Shown here: in pieces, positions 34,582 through 44,197 of the stretch
Layout of the letters: the number at the start of each line of letters is the position of its first letter
Numbering within the stretch: the first letter of the stretch is position 1
From: an uncultured bacterium
GTDB lineage: Bacteria; Patescibacteriota; Saccharimonadia; Saccharimonadales; Saccharimonadaceae
Assembly: GCA_966211425.1 (NCBI GenBank)
Contig: CBIHNH010000001.1
Span: forward strand, 1 to 61,139
Reading direction: 5' to 3'
Length of the DNA stretch: 61,139 nt
Made by a program: the position numbers and the translations under genes
Notes under the pieces: model-generated
The model's input: only the letters and a program-made list of their open reading frames with translations
The model's database searches: none
What the model was told of the DNA's origin: nothing

Positions 34582-35031
34582 ATGAAAATCTATCTCGGAT
34601 CCGACCATAACGGCCACTATCTTAAAGAAAAGGTCTTTGTCTATCTCAGCAAACGTGGCCATGACGTCGAAGATGTCGGCGGCAAAGAGCTCGACAAAGA
34701 TGACGATTTCCCACAGTTTGCTCAGATGGCGGCTCTACGAGTATTGGGCGATGAAGACGACAGCGCACGGGCTATTTTGCTCTGCGGCGGCGGGCAAGGG
34801 ATGTGTATGGCAGCAAACCGTTTTCGTGGTATTCGAGCCAGCGTGATCTGGGATGAGTATGAAGCAAAGATGACCCGGAACGATAACGACAGTAACATCA
34901 TCTGTTTGCCGTCGCGCCTGCTGAGCGATGGTGATGAGTGGCAGGGTATTATTGATACCTGGCTGACGACGCCATTTGCGAACGCCGAACGGTTTCGTCG
35001 ACGTAACCGTCAGCTTGACGAGCTGGCATAA
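34582..35031 (+). CDS. rpiB: Ribose-5-phosphate isomerase B
   Basis: MKIYLGSDHNG, LLCGGGQGMCMAANR, NIICLPSR (RpiB/LacAB family). Confidence 0.9.
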   Translation: MKIYLGSDHNGHYLKEKVFVYLSKRGHDVEDVGGKELDKDDDFPQFAQMAALRVLGDEDDSARAILLCGGGQGMCMAANRFRGIRASVIWDEYEAKMTRNDNDSNIICLPSRLLSDGDEWQGIIDTWLTTPFANAERFRRRNRQLDELA

Positions 35032-35060
35032 TTAAAAAGATAAAGGGGCAGGGTAGATAT

Positions 35061-35504
35061 ATGGCAAAGCGAGGCTCAAACAACAAACAACCGTTGACAC
35101 TACATCATCTTCTCGGTGCGATATCATTTTGGGGAACGGCAACACGAGCGCTATTGTTCGGCTTTATTGCATTCGTAGTCTTTGGGATTGCGCTCAGCGA
35201 ATCGACGACGGCTGCGACAGCCGACACGGAGGTTATGGTTTTGATCTATGTGTTGATGAGCTTTGTACTACTCGATTTTGGCTATGTGATGGTCGCTCGC
35301 TCGTATCCCATCCAGAAAGCTCTTGATGTTCTGGCGCTTGTCACGGCCGATATATTCCTGGCACTCCTCTACGTGATACCAAAAATAGTAGTCAACCCGA
35401 GCTCACGTCTGACGGTCGATCCCCTTACCTATATCGTTTTTGTACCGATCGTCGTGCTGAGCCTGCGCATGCTGCTCGGTTTTCTCATCGGAGGAAAGCG
35501 TTAG
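35061..35504 (+). CDS. Hypothetical 4-TM membrane protein embedded in the sugar-phosphate operon
   Basis: 147 aa with four hydrophobic helices. AAAGGGG SD. Confidence 0.65.
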   Translation: MAKRGSNNKQPLTLHHLLGAISFWGTATRALLFGFIAFVVFGIALSESTTAATADTEVMVLIYVLMSFVLLDFGYVMVARSYPIQKALDVLALVTADIFLALLYVIPKIVVNPSSRLTVDPLTYIVFVPIVVLSLRMLLGFLIGGKR

Positions 35505-35509
35505 AAGCG

Positions 35510-36136
35510 ATGAGCGTAATCAGTCCCTCGATTACAGCCTATACGCCGGCCGAGTATGAACAACAGCTCGTAGCTGTCCGGTCCGTCGTTGACCGTATCC
35601 ATATCGATCTTGCCGACGGTGAGCTGGCGAAGCGGACCGTCGCGGTTGATGGCATTGCCTGGCCAGAGGGGGTGCTCGCCGATATCCACTTGATGTACCA
35701 AGAGCCCCTGTCGGTCATCGATGAGATCGTCGCGCTTCACCCGAACTTAGTTATCGTACATAGCGAAGCTGATGGAGTACTCCAGGCGATAGAGACCCTG
35801 CAACTACGAGGGATAAAGGCCGGGATTGCATTGATTCAGTCTACGTCCGTCGAAAGCGTAGCTAGCCTTGTCGCAAAAGTAGATCATGTATTGATCTTTA
35901 GCGGCACTCTAGGGCATTTCGGCGGCGTAGCTGATCTAGGGCTACTTCACAAGGCGAACGAGATTCGCTTGTTGGAGCCGGACGTCGAGATTGGCTGGGA
36001 TGGCGGTGCGAATGCCGATAATGTCGCGCGACTCAGTCACGGCGGTATTGACGTGATCGTAGCTGGTGGCGCTATCCAAAACGCTGAGGATCCCGCTCGA
36101 GCATACGGAGAGCTTTACGCCAGGCTGCAGCCCTGA
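35510..36136 (+). CDS. rpe: Divergent ribulose-phosphate 3-epimerase family protein
   Basis: Rpe-like landmarks HIDLADGE, DIHLM, VHSEA, KAGIAL, IFSGTLGHFGG, IGWDGG, VIVAGGAI, but clearly diverged from the canonical DVMDGHFVPN. Confidence 0.7.
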   Translation: MSVISPSITAYTPAEYEQQLVAVRSVVDRIHIDLADGELAKRTVAVDGIAWPEGVLADIHLMYQEPLSVIDEIVALHPNLVIVHSEADGVLQAIETLQLRGIKAGIALIQSTSVESVASLVAKVDHVLIFSGTLGHFGGVADLGLLHKANEIRLLEPDVEIGWDGGANADNVARLSHGGIDVIVAGGAIQNAEDPARAYGELYARLQP

Positions 36137-36152
36137 CAGACATCACCGCTTA

Positions 36153-36161
36153 TGCTAAGAT
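36153..36161 (+). promoter_or_regulatory. Extended -10 TGCTAAGAT 9 nt upstream of the transketolase N-subunit ATG
   Basis: TGCTAAGAT-GAGGCTGAT-ATG(36171). Confidence 0.35.
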
Positions 36162-36170
36162 GAGGCTGAT

Positions 36171-37031
36171 ATGAATGGACAACTAACACAGACACAACTA
36201 GAACGTATGGCTACAACGATCCGTGAGGACATTATTCGGATGCTAGAGCATGCCGGCTCCGGACATAGCGCTGGTCCACTCGGGCTTACCGACATATTCA
36301 CGGCTCTGTATTTTAATATCTTAAAACATGACCCGAAGAACCCGGATCTACCTGAGCGCGATCTGATGATACTTAGTAATGGCCACTGCGTACCGGTACG
36401 TTATGCAACGATGGCTCGAGCCGGCTATTTCCCAGTCGAAGAGTTGATGACGCTTCGACGGCTCGGTTCACGCCTACAGGGTCATCCTGAGCGTACCAAG
36501 CTGCCCGGAATGGAGAACACCAGTGGGCCGCTCGGCTCAGGCTTGTCACAAGCGGCGGGCATGGCGTATGTCATGAAAAATATTGACGTACAGACCCACC
36601 GCTGGGTTTATACCGTCATGGGTGATGGCGAGCTCAACGAAGGCAATATATGGGAAGCGGCTATGTTTGCCGGTAAGTACAAACTTCACAACATCATCGG
36701 AATCATTGACCGCAATAACATCCAGATCGATGGCAACACCGAAGACATTATGCCGCTGGAAGACCTGAGAGCAAAATGGGAGTCGTTCGGTTGGCACGTT
36801 CAGGAAATCGACGGTCACAATATCGAGAGCATCATCGATGCCTGTTCGATGGCACGGGCCATCACCGAAAAACCAAGTGTTATTATCGCCCATACTATCC
36901 CCGGCAAGGGCGTGCCGTTCATGGAGTACGACTACCATTGGCATGGAGCACCGCCAAATAGTGAGCAAGCCAAGGAGGCACTCAAAAGACTCCGGACTCT
37001 CAACGGCAAGATTCGAGGAGAACACCAGTGA
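36171..37031 (+). CDS. tkt: Transketolase, N-terminal (TPP-binding) subunit
   Basis: GSGHSAGPLG, LSNGH, GDGELNEGNIWEA, IIDRNNIQIDG. Split-type transketolase. Confidence 0.93.
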   Translation: MNGQLTQTQLERMATTIREDIIRMLEHAGSGHSAGPLGLTDIFTALYFNILKHDPKNPDLPERDLMILSNGHCVPVRYATMARAGYFPVEELMTLRRLGSRLQGHPERTKLPGMENTSGPLGSGLSQAAGMAYVMKNIDVQTHRWVYTVMGDGELNEGNIWEAAMFAGKYKLHNIIGIIDRNNIQIDGNTEDIMPLEDLRAKWESFGWHVQEIDGHNIESIIDACSMARAITEKPSVIIAHTIPGKGVPFMEYDYHWHGAPPNSEQAKEALKRLRTLNGKIRGEHQ

Positions 37032-38008
37032 GCGAACTGCATCTTTCAACAAAAATCGGCAAAGAAGGTATCGAAAGTGAACCAACCCGCAAAGGTTTCG
37101 GCCGCGGCCTGAAACGAGCTGGTGATGAAAATGAGCAAGTTGTCGCACTGTGCGCCGATCTGACCGATTCAACGCAGATGTCATTGTTCAAGGAGGCGCA
37201 TCCAAACCGTTTTATCGAGGTGGGTGTTGCTGAGCAGAACCTCGTGACTGTGGCGAGCGGGATGGCTCATATGGGTAAAATTCCCTTTACCTCTAGCTAC
37301 GCAGCTTTTTCACCAGGACGCAACTGGGAACAGATTCGTACAACCGTTTGTCTAAATGAAGTTCCGGTCAAGATCGTCGGTTCGCATGCCGGTATTTCGG
37401 TCGGGCCTGACGGTGCAACACACCAAATGCTCGAGGATATCGCGTTGATGCGCGTATTGCCGCACATGGTTGTCGTCGTGCCCGGGGACGCCATCGAAGC
37501 CGAAAAAGCAACGCTTGCGATAGCCGGCAACGGACAGCCGAGTTACATCCGACTGGCTCGCGAGGCGACACCGGTATTTACGACCCAGGAGACTCCATTT
37601 GAGATCGGAAAGGCGTATGTGCTTAGGACCGGCACGGATATAACCCTCTTCGGGACTGGAACCATGACGTACCAGTGCTTGGTCGCTGCAGAGTTGCTTG
37701 CCAAAGACGGTATCGATGCAGAGGTCGTACATGTCCCGACCATCAAGCCTCTGGATGATGAGACGATTCTTGCAAGTGTTCGTAAGACTGGCCGTGCTCT
37801 CAGCATCGAAGAGGCTCAAGTTGCAGGTGGATTTGGAAGCGCACTCGCAGAGTTATTTACAAACACCCACCCGGTGCCGTTACGGCGCATGGGTATGAAG
37901 GATCGTTTTGGTGAGTCTGGTGCACCAGCTGAACTACTCGAACACTTTGGACTGACTGCCAAGCACATCATGCTCGAGGCCCATAGCTTCTTGGGCGAGA
38001 CCAAATAA
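37028..38008 (+). CDS. tkt: Transketolase, C-terminal (pyrimidine-binding) subunit
   Basis: GTG start overlapping the upstream TGA (GTGA). FIEVGVAEQNLV, GATHQMLEDIALMRVLP. Confidence 0.93.
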   Translation: MSELHLSTKIGKEGIESEPTRKGFGRGLKRAGDENEQVVALCADLTDSTQMSLFKEAHPNRFIEVGVAEQNLVTVASGMAHMGKIPFTSSYAAFSPGRNWEQIRTTVCLNEVPVKIVGSHAGISVGPDGATHQMLEDIALMRVLPHMVVVVPGDAIEAEKATLAIAGNGQPSYIRLAREATPVFTTQETPFEIGKAYVLRTGTDITLFGTGTMTYQCLVAAELLAKDGIDAEVVHVPTIKPLDDETILASVRKTGRALSIEEAQVAGGFGSALAELFTNTHPVPLRRMGMKDRFGESGAPAELLEHFGLTAKHIMLEAHSFLGETK

Positions 38009-38033
38009 CCAAAAATTAAGGAGATATCGCATC

Positions 38034-38945
38034 ATGGGCCTGACTATTCAAGAGATAAGAAATAACTGCGTAAAAGCACGTCACCTGATGCGCCGTACCC
38101 GTGACCAGCACTTTGCGGTCGGTGCCTTTAACATCGACAACCAAGAGACCCTTATTGCCGTAGCCCGTGCCGCACAGGCAAAGAATGCACCTGTTCTCGT
38201 CGAGGTGAGCGAAGGCGAGGTCAAGGCTATGGGGCTCGAGAATATCCGCGACCTCGTGGACAACTACCGGCAAGAGTACGGTATTGAGGTTTATTTAAAC
38301 CTGGATCATAGTCCGAGCGTTGAAGATTGCAAACGTGCGATCGACTGTGGGTATGAGTTTATTCATATCGATATATCCCAGGCCAATCATGACGCCACGG
38401 AGGAAGAGATCACCGCTAGGACAAAAGAGGTGGTTGAGTATGCTAAGTTTACAGGGGCGCTCGTTGAGTCCGAGCCGCACTATTTCGGTGGCAGCAGTAA
38501 CGTTCACAGTGAAGCTATTGACTACGAAAAGATCAAGGAAACTTTCTCCACTCCAGATGGCGCCCGTTCGTTCGTTGAGGCCACTGGTATCGATACGTTC
38601 GCAGCCGCTGTCGGTAACCTGCACGGAAAATATCCAGTACCAAAAGAGCTAGATCTCGAACTGTTGGCTCGTTTGCGTGAAGCAATACCATGCCAGATCT
38701 CACTTCATGGTGGTTCCGGTACGCCGCTTCATTTCTTCGAAGAGGCTGCTAAGATCGGCGTCAGCAAGATCAATATAAACAGCGACATGCGCTACGCTTT
38801 CCGTAAGACTCTGGAGAAGGTGCTTGCTGACCATCCGGACGAGTATGCAGTCGTAAAGTTGATGCCAGAAGTGTATGAGGCGGTCCAAAAGGTCGTTGAA
38901 GAAAAGATTGACGCGTTCGGTTCAGCGGGTAAAGCTATTCGCTAG
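38034..38945 (+). CDS. fba: Class II fructose/ketose-bisphosphate aldolase
   Basis: AVGAFNIDN, NLDHS, GNLHGKY, LHGGSGTP. AAGGAG SD. Confidence 0.9.
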   Translation: MGLTIQEIRNNCVKARHLMRRTRDQHFAVGAFNIDNQETLIAVARAAQAKNAPVLVEVSEGEVKAMGLENIRDLVDNYRQEYGIEVYLNLDHSPSVEDCKRAIDCGYEFIHIDISQANHDATEEEITARTKEVVEYAKFTGALVESEPHYFGGSSNVHSEAIDYEKIKETFSTPDGARSFVEATGIDTFAAAVGNLHGKYPVPKELDLELLARLREAIPCQISLHGGSGTPLHFFEEAAKIGVSKININSDMRYAFRKTLEKVLADHPDEYAVVKLMPEVYEAVQKVVEEKIDAFGSAGKAIR

Positions 38946-39023
38946 CAATATGCTATCGGTTCCAGCTATTCCCTGAACCGCTATTTCGGCGGGGTGGTTC
39001 GTATTACTCCTGTTAAGCATAAA

Positions 39024-39032
39024 TGGTATACT
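39024..39032 (+). promoter_or_regulatory. Extended -10 TGGTATACT 9 nt upstream of the pfkB-family kinase ATG (leaderless-type)
   Basis: TGGTATACT-TTATAGCAA-ATG(39042). No SD. Confidence 0.45.
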
Positions 39033-39041
39033 TTATAGCAA

Positions 39042-40019
39042 ATGGTTACACACAAAAATATTCCAACAATTCTCAGTATTGGCAAAGCAACCCAGGATGT
39101 CTTTCTCAGAGACGACGAGTTCGACCCGCACAAAGAGGGTAAGTTCTTGTACACCCACCTTCCTCTCGGTGCCAAACTCGATATCAGCGAGACGTATTTT
39201 GCATCTGGCGGTAATGCGACTAACGTAGCAGTAACGTTTGCGCGCCAGGGCTTGCAGAGTCGCTATATGTGGGTGCTCGGCGAGACCGACCCTGCATCAC
39301 GCACGATCATCGATGAACTTGAACGTGAAATGGTTGACACTCACTATGTCGGTTTACAGCCACAGATGCGCGCAAGTTATTCAACGATTCTTCTCGCAAC
39401 GAGTGGCGAGAGAACTATTTTGAACTACCATGGATCTATTCCCGCGGCGGCTGACATCGTGAACTTATTTGATGCGTTCGATGGAGCAAACTGGGTGTAT
39501 CCGACGGCACTTGGTCATTTCGAAACACTGGAAAAGATCGTTCACCAGGCAGCCAAACGGGGCGTAAAAGTCATGTTAAATCCCGCGGGCAGTGAGCTGG
39601 CTGAGCCGAAAAAACTCAAGGCCATGCTAGACGAGATCGATGTACTCTGTCTTAACAAAGAGGAGATGCAGTTACTCGTCGAGGGTGACGATCTCGAAAC
39701 GTTGGTTCGTCATGGGCTCAACTATTGCCCAGTCGTTATCGTTTCAGACGGTCCGAATGGAGTCTGTGCCAGTGATGGTAAGACGATTGTACATGCCGGT
39801 ATGTACGAAGATGTGCCAGTAATAGATCGCACTGGAGCTGGTGATGCGTTCGGGTCAGGTTTCTTGAGTCAGTGGTCGCAGGGCAAGAGCCTCAGGGAAT
39901 CTATCGTATTCGCTAGCGCAAACTCAACGTCCGTCGTAGGCCAGATTGGCGCAAAGGCGGGAATACTTGACCAGGAAGTGCAGTTGCATGATATGCCGTT
40001 AGAAGAAAAGGAGTTATAG
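39042..40019 (+). CDS. PfkB-family carbohydrate or nucleoside kinase (substrate unknown)
   Basis: GGNATNVA and C-terminal signature DRTGAGDAFGSGF. Confidence 0.88.
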   Translation: MVTHKNIPTILSIGKATQDVFLRDDEFDPHKEGKFLYTHLPLGAKLDISETYFASGGNATNVAVTFARQGLQSRYMWVLGETDPASRTIIDELEREMVDTHYVGLQPQMRASYSTILLATSGERTILNYHGSIPAAADIVNLFDAFDGANWVYPTALGHFETLEKIVHQAAKRGVKVMLNPAGSELAEPKKLKAMLDEIDVLCLNKEEMQLLVEGDDLETLVRHGLNYCPVVIVSDGPNGVCASDGKTIVHAGMYEDVPVIDRTGAGDAFGSGFLSQWSQGKSLRESIVFASANSTSVVGQIGAKAGILDQEVQLHDMPLEEKEL

Positions 40020-40021
40020 CT

Positions 40022-41269
40022 ATGGCTAAGGTACTGAGAGATTTATTGGATGCGGAGGAGCCGATCTTTTCGCTTAGTTTACAGCAACTTGAACGTGCGA
40101 GTGGGCGCCACGGCACGGACGCTCGTCTGGTCGGTGAAATTGCTGAAAAGGTGCACAAATCCGTCGCAAGCCTCGGTCTCGATACCAAGGACACTACCGA
40201 CGAAGAACTGCACTCTGCGATGATGAGCCGGATGCAAACCGATAACGAACGGGTTACGAAACTCATTGGCGGAACTGACGCTGATGATGTCACGGCGATG
40301 GTGCCACTGATTGTTGCTGCTGTCGAAAAGATGAAAATTAATCGGAGTTGCTGGGTCCTGAAGCGTTCGGTTGCGAAACGTCTTCTGCATACGATGCCGC
40401 CAGAGAAGCTTATGAAACACCTTGGGTACCGTTCCGTTGACAGTATGCTCAAGCATGAGAATATCGACGAAGTATATACAGCTCTTCGCTTTTCGGAAGG
40501 CGGTGAATGGCTTAACAAATATAACGAGCTATTTAAGACTGTTACGCCGAGCGACTTTGAGACGAGAGATATCTCTATTGTGGTGATGGATCACGATAAA
40601 TACGTCGACCTGGCGGAAAGCTTTGTGAAAAAGAAGCTCCATAACATCACGCACACGAAGGAGATGGGCGTCATCGTCGTTGTACCGATGCATACCGAGC
40701 GCATGAAAGGAATTACCCTAAAAACGCTGCCACTGATCTTTCATTATATTAACGAGATCCGTCTGTATAGCGCGTTCTTCAAACTCAAACAGGTAGAGAA
40801 GAACTTCGGTGAGACGGTCGTAGAAACCTTGATCGCTGATCCGGATTCTGGCGCACAGATGGTTGGCCAGAATGTCCATTGGCGGGTGATCCAGCGATAC
40901 TTTGGCAAGATGAAGGACGAGAACCACCCTGAGGCCTTCCAGCCGCATGTACACCCCGAGGATCTCCACTGGCGTCGTGCTGAGGAGATGTTGGCAGTGC
41001 TCGATCCAGAGATGGCTTTTTGGGTCGAGCAGGATTATGTCGGACGAATAGCGAGCGATGGTCTGCCGATAACCTTCAATATGATGGATGTTAGCCTGGC
41101 GTACTCTAACGACGAACCGTTCAAGACTCGGTACTACTACCACTTCCGGGAGAGTCTGTGGAACGAGATATTTATGCGCTACATGGGAAGCAAAAACCTT
41201 GAAGACAGCATCTTAAAACAACTTGATAACGATATGATTGCCCCAGAAACACTTGAGGTAGGACTCTAA
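40022..41269 (+). CDS. Conserved-looking hypothetical protein (415 aa), no recognisable family
   Basis: Starts 2 nt after the pfkB stop, and its stop overlaps the next ATG (TAATG). Soluble, with a His-rich patch ENHPEAFQPHVHPEDLHW. Confidence 0.75.
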   Translation: MAKVLRDLLDAEEPIFSLSLQQLERASGRHGTDARLVGEIAEKVHKSVASLGLDTKDTTDEELHSAMMSRMQTDNERVTKLIGGTDADDVTAMVPLIVAAVEKMKINRSCWVLKRSVAKRLLHTMPPEKLMKHLGYRSVDSMLKHENIDEVYTALRFSEGGEWLNKYNELFKTVTPSDFETRDISIVVMDHDKYVDLAESFVKKKLHNITHTKEMGVIVVVPMHTERMKGITLKTLPLIFHYINEIRLYSAFFKLKQVEKNFGETVVETLIADPDSGAQMVGQNVHWRVIQRYFGKMKDENHPEAFQPHVHPEDLHWRRAEEMLAVLDPEMAFWVEQDYVGRIASDGLPITFNMMDVSLAYSNDEPFKTRYYYHFRESLWNEIFMRYMGSKNLEDSILKQLDNDMIAPETLEVGL

Positions 41270-41883
41270 TGAAAAAAAATCAGTATCAAATATGTGTGTC
41301 GGGCGCCGCCGCTGGCGATACAGTAGAAACCTCGCACCAGCTCGCGTTTCGACTCGGTAAGGCAATCGCCAAATCGGGCCACACGCTCTTGACTGGAGCG
41401 ACCGTCGGCCTACCTCACTACGCAGCCATCGGTGCGCACGCTGAAAATGGCCTCAGTATCGGCTTTAGTCCCGCCAGCTCGCATCGAGAGCATATCAAGT
41501 CGTATCGTCTTCCGACTAAAGAGTTCGACTATATCAACTTTACTGGCATGGAATACGTTGGTCGTGACGTACACCTCGTCCGTAGCAGCGACGCAGTCAT
41601 TACAGTGGGCGGTCGAATGGGCAGTCTGCATGAATTTTCTACGGCTGCCGAGAGCAACAAAGTCTGTGGCGTTCTGCTCGGAAGTGGTGGTTTGGCGGAC
41701 TTCATCCCGATGCTCGTCAAGCATATACCGACACCTGGAGCAGCGAAGATTATCTATGATACCGATCCTGAACGACTTGTGGAGCAGGTCATTGCCGCTC
41801 TCGATGTGAAGTTCGCTGTCGATCCTATTGGTGACGACGTGCCGATAGAACACGCCCCCGTTAGCAAGAACCGTCGCGGCTAA
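41269..41883 (+). CDS. SLOG/LOG-like (TIGR00725-type) Rossmann-fold protein, possible nucleotide N-glycosidase
   Basis: [10 protein letters not shown]...[10 protein letters not shown], and GGRMGSLHE (41608-41634), which matches the LOG PGGxGTxxE motif. Confidence 0.75.
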   Translation: MKKNQYQICVSGAAAGDTVETSHQLAFRLGKAIAKSGHTLLTGATVGLPHYAAIGAHAENGLSIGFSPASSHREHIKSYRLPTKEFDYINFTGMEYVGRDVHLVRSSDAVITVGGRMGSLHEFSTAAESNKVCGVLLGSGGLADFIPMLVKHIPTPGAAKIIYDTDPERLVEQVIAALDVKFAVDPIGDDVPIEHAPVSKNRRG

Positions 41884-41885
41884 AC

Positions 41886-41894
41886 TGCTACAAT
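41886..41894 (+). promoter_or_regulatory. Extended -10 TGCTACAAT 6 nt upstream of the uvrB GTG (leaderless-type)
   Basis: TGCTACAAT-ATTGAG-GTG(41901). Confidence 0.45.
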
Positions 41895-41900
41895 ATTGAG

Positions 41901-43874
41901 GTGAACAAGTTCCAGCTCAAGAGCAAATATCAACCAACTGGAGACCAACCAGCCGCCATTAAGCAATTACTGGGTGGTCTCGATGCTGGTGAGCGTGAGC
42001 AGACACTACTCGGTGTAACCGGATCAGGCAAGACGTTTACGATGGCGAATATTATTCAGGATCGTAACGTTCCAACTCTAGTGATAGCTCATAACAAAAC
42101 GCTTGCTGCGCAGCTTTTTTCAGAGTTCAAATCATACTTTCCCGATAACGAAGTTCACTATTTTGTGAGCTATTTTGACTATTACCAACCAGAAGCCTAT
42201 ATGGTCAGCAGTGATACGTATATCGAAAAAGACAGCAAGATCAACGAAGAGATTGACCGTCTTCGTCACGCCGCAACTGCTTCGCTACTCAGCCGACGCG
42301 ACGTTATTATCGTGGCGAGCGTCAGCTGTATCTACGGCATCGGTTCGGTTGAGGACTACGGCGGAATGGCTTTGACAATCAAGAAAGGCGAACGTCGTTC
42401 TCGGGACAAGTTCTTACGCCATTTGACGGACATCCAGTATCATCGTAACGATATAGACTTTGCGCGAGCTACATTCCGAGTACGCGGAGATGTCGTTGAT
42501 GTATTTCCGGCAAGTAGCGAATCGGCGTATCGAGTTGAGTTTTTCGGTGATGAGATAGATAGGATTACCGAGATTAATCCGTTAACGGGCGAGATAATCC
42601 GCGAATCGTCAGAGGTAAAGATTTTCCCAAGCTCACACTACGTAACGCCACAGGAGAAGCTAAAAGGCGCACTGGTTAACATTCGCGACGAATTGGCGGC
42701 CCGGCTTGAATACTTCCGTTCACGAGATATGCTTCTTGAAGCCCAACGCATCGAGCAGCGTACACGTTATGATTTGGAGCTGCTAGAGGAAACGGGTTTC
42801 GTGAAGGGGATCGAGAACTACAGTCGCTACCTAACAAACCGCGAACCAGGTGAGCAACCAGCGACACTGATGGATTATTTTCCTGATGACTTTTTGCTGC
42901 TCGTCGACGAGTCTCATATGACGCTTCCGCAGGTGCGTGGCATGTATAACGGAGACCGTGCTCGCAAAGAGGTTCTCGTTGAGCACGGGTTTCGTCTGCC
43001 AAGTGCACTTGATAACCGACCCCTGACCTTTACCGAGTTTGATCGCCACATAAACCAAGCGATATATGTTTCCGCTACACCGTCGGAATATGAGCTCACT
43101 CACTCTCCGAAACCGGCAGAACAGGTGATTAGACCAACCGGTCTGCTCGATCCGATTATCGACGTGCGGCCAATCGACGGCCAGATCGACGATCTTATCG
43201 CTGAGATTCGTGAACGCATCGATAAGCAACAGAGGGTCTTGGTCACAACGCTGACTAAACGAATGGCCGAGGATCTGAGCACCTACCTGCAGGAGCTGGA
43301 GATAAAAACTGCCTATATCCACAGCGATGTCGATACGTTAGAACGAGGGGATATCCTCCGTGACCTCCGGCTCGGCGTATATGACGTGCTCGTCGGCATT
43401 AACTTACTCAGGGAGGGTCTCGATCTGCCGGAAGTCAGTTTGGTGGCGATTATGGATGCGGACAAGGAGGGATTCCTGCGGAGCACGAGTGCGCTCGTAC
43501 AGACCATCGGGCGCGCGGCGCGCCATGAACAGGGTCGGGTTCTCATGTATGCCGATAACATAACCGACTCGATGCGAGCGGCGATCGATGAGACCGCGCG
43601 ACGTCGCGAAAAACAAGAGGCTTTCAATAAAGAGCATGGCATAACCCCTGTTGGCGTGGATAAGGCGATCGGCGAAGGGTTGCGTGCTATCATCCCGCAG
43701 AAGGAAGGTGACAAGAAAGCAAAACTCAATCTCAAAAAGATTCCAAAGGATGAATACCCCGCGCTTGTTCGTGAATTGACGGCACAAATGGAGCTCGCTA
43801 GTGCAAATCTAGAGTTTGAGCGTGCGGCTGAGCTACGTGACACGATCGCTGATATCAAGCAAACTATCAAATAG
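41901..43874 (+). CDS. uvrB: Excinuclease ABC subunit B
   Basis: [32 protein letters not shown] domain [10 protein letters not shown]. Confidence 0.97.
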   Translation: MNKFQLKSKYQPTGDQPAAIKQLLGGLDAGEREQTLLGVTGSGKTFTMANIIQDRNVPTLVIAHNKTLAAQLFSEFKSYFPDNEVHYFVSYFDYYQPEAYMVSSDTYIEKDSKINEEIDRLRHAATASLLSRRDVIIVASVSCIYGIGSVEDYGGMALTIKKGERRSRDKFLRHLTDIQYHRNDIDFARATFRVRGDVVDVFPASSESAYRVEFFGDEIDRITEINPLTGEIIRESSEVKIFPSSHYVTPQEKLKGALVNIRDELAARLEYFRSRDMLLEAQRIEQRTRYDLELLEETGFVKGIENYSRYLTNREPGEQPATLMDYFPDDFLLLVDESHMTLPQVRGMYNGDRARKEVLVEHGFRLPSALDNRPLTFTEFDRHINQAIYVSATPSEYELTHSPKPAEQVIRPTGLLDPIIDVRPIDGQIDDLIAEIRERIDKQQRVLVTTLTKRMAEDLSTYLQELEIKTAYIHSDVDTLERGDILRDLRLGVYDVLVGINLLREGLDLPEVSLVAIMDADKEGFLRSTSALVQTIGRAARHEQGRVLMYADNITDSMRAAIDETARRREKQEAFNKEHGITPVGVDKAIGEGLRAIIPQKEGDKKAKLNLKKIPKDEYPALVRELTAQMELASANLEFERAAELRDTIADIKQTIK

Positions 43875-43887
43875 ACTTCTCCGCCTC

Positions 43888-43896
43888 TGGTATACT
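43888..43896 (+). promoter_or_regulatory. Extended -10 TGGTATACT 7 nt upstream of the gatC ATG (leaderless-type)
   Basis: TGGTATACT-AAATACA-ATG(43904). Confidence 0.5.
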
Positions 43897-43903
43897 AAAT
43901 ACA

Positions 43904-44197
43904 ATGAACGCAATTTCTATTGATGATGTCAAAAAGCTTGCCGTATTGTCGGCTCTAAACCTGAGCGATGCTGAGGCGACGGACATGCAGCACGATCTGG
44001 TTGAAATACTCGGGTACGTCGAGCAACTCCAGCAGGTCGACACTGAAGGCATTGAGCCGACTTATCAGATTCATGGGCTTGAGACTGTTACGAGACGTGA
44101 TGAGATTGTTGACTACGGAATCGACCGTGATGCGCTGCTCACGAACGCACCAAAGCAAACAGGTGGCTCTATCGCCGTACCAAGGGTGCTCGAATGA
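43904..44197 (+). CDS. gatC: Asp/Glu-tRNA(Asn/Gln) amidotransferase subunit C
   Basis: 97 aa. IDDVKKLAVLSALNLSDAE...ILGYVEQLQQVD. Confidence 0.92.
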   Translation: MNAISIDDVKKLAVLSALNLSDAEATDMQHDLVEILGYVEQLQQVDTEGIEPTYQIHGLETVTRRDEIVDYGIDRDALLTNAPKQTGGSIAVPRVLE

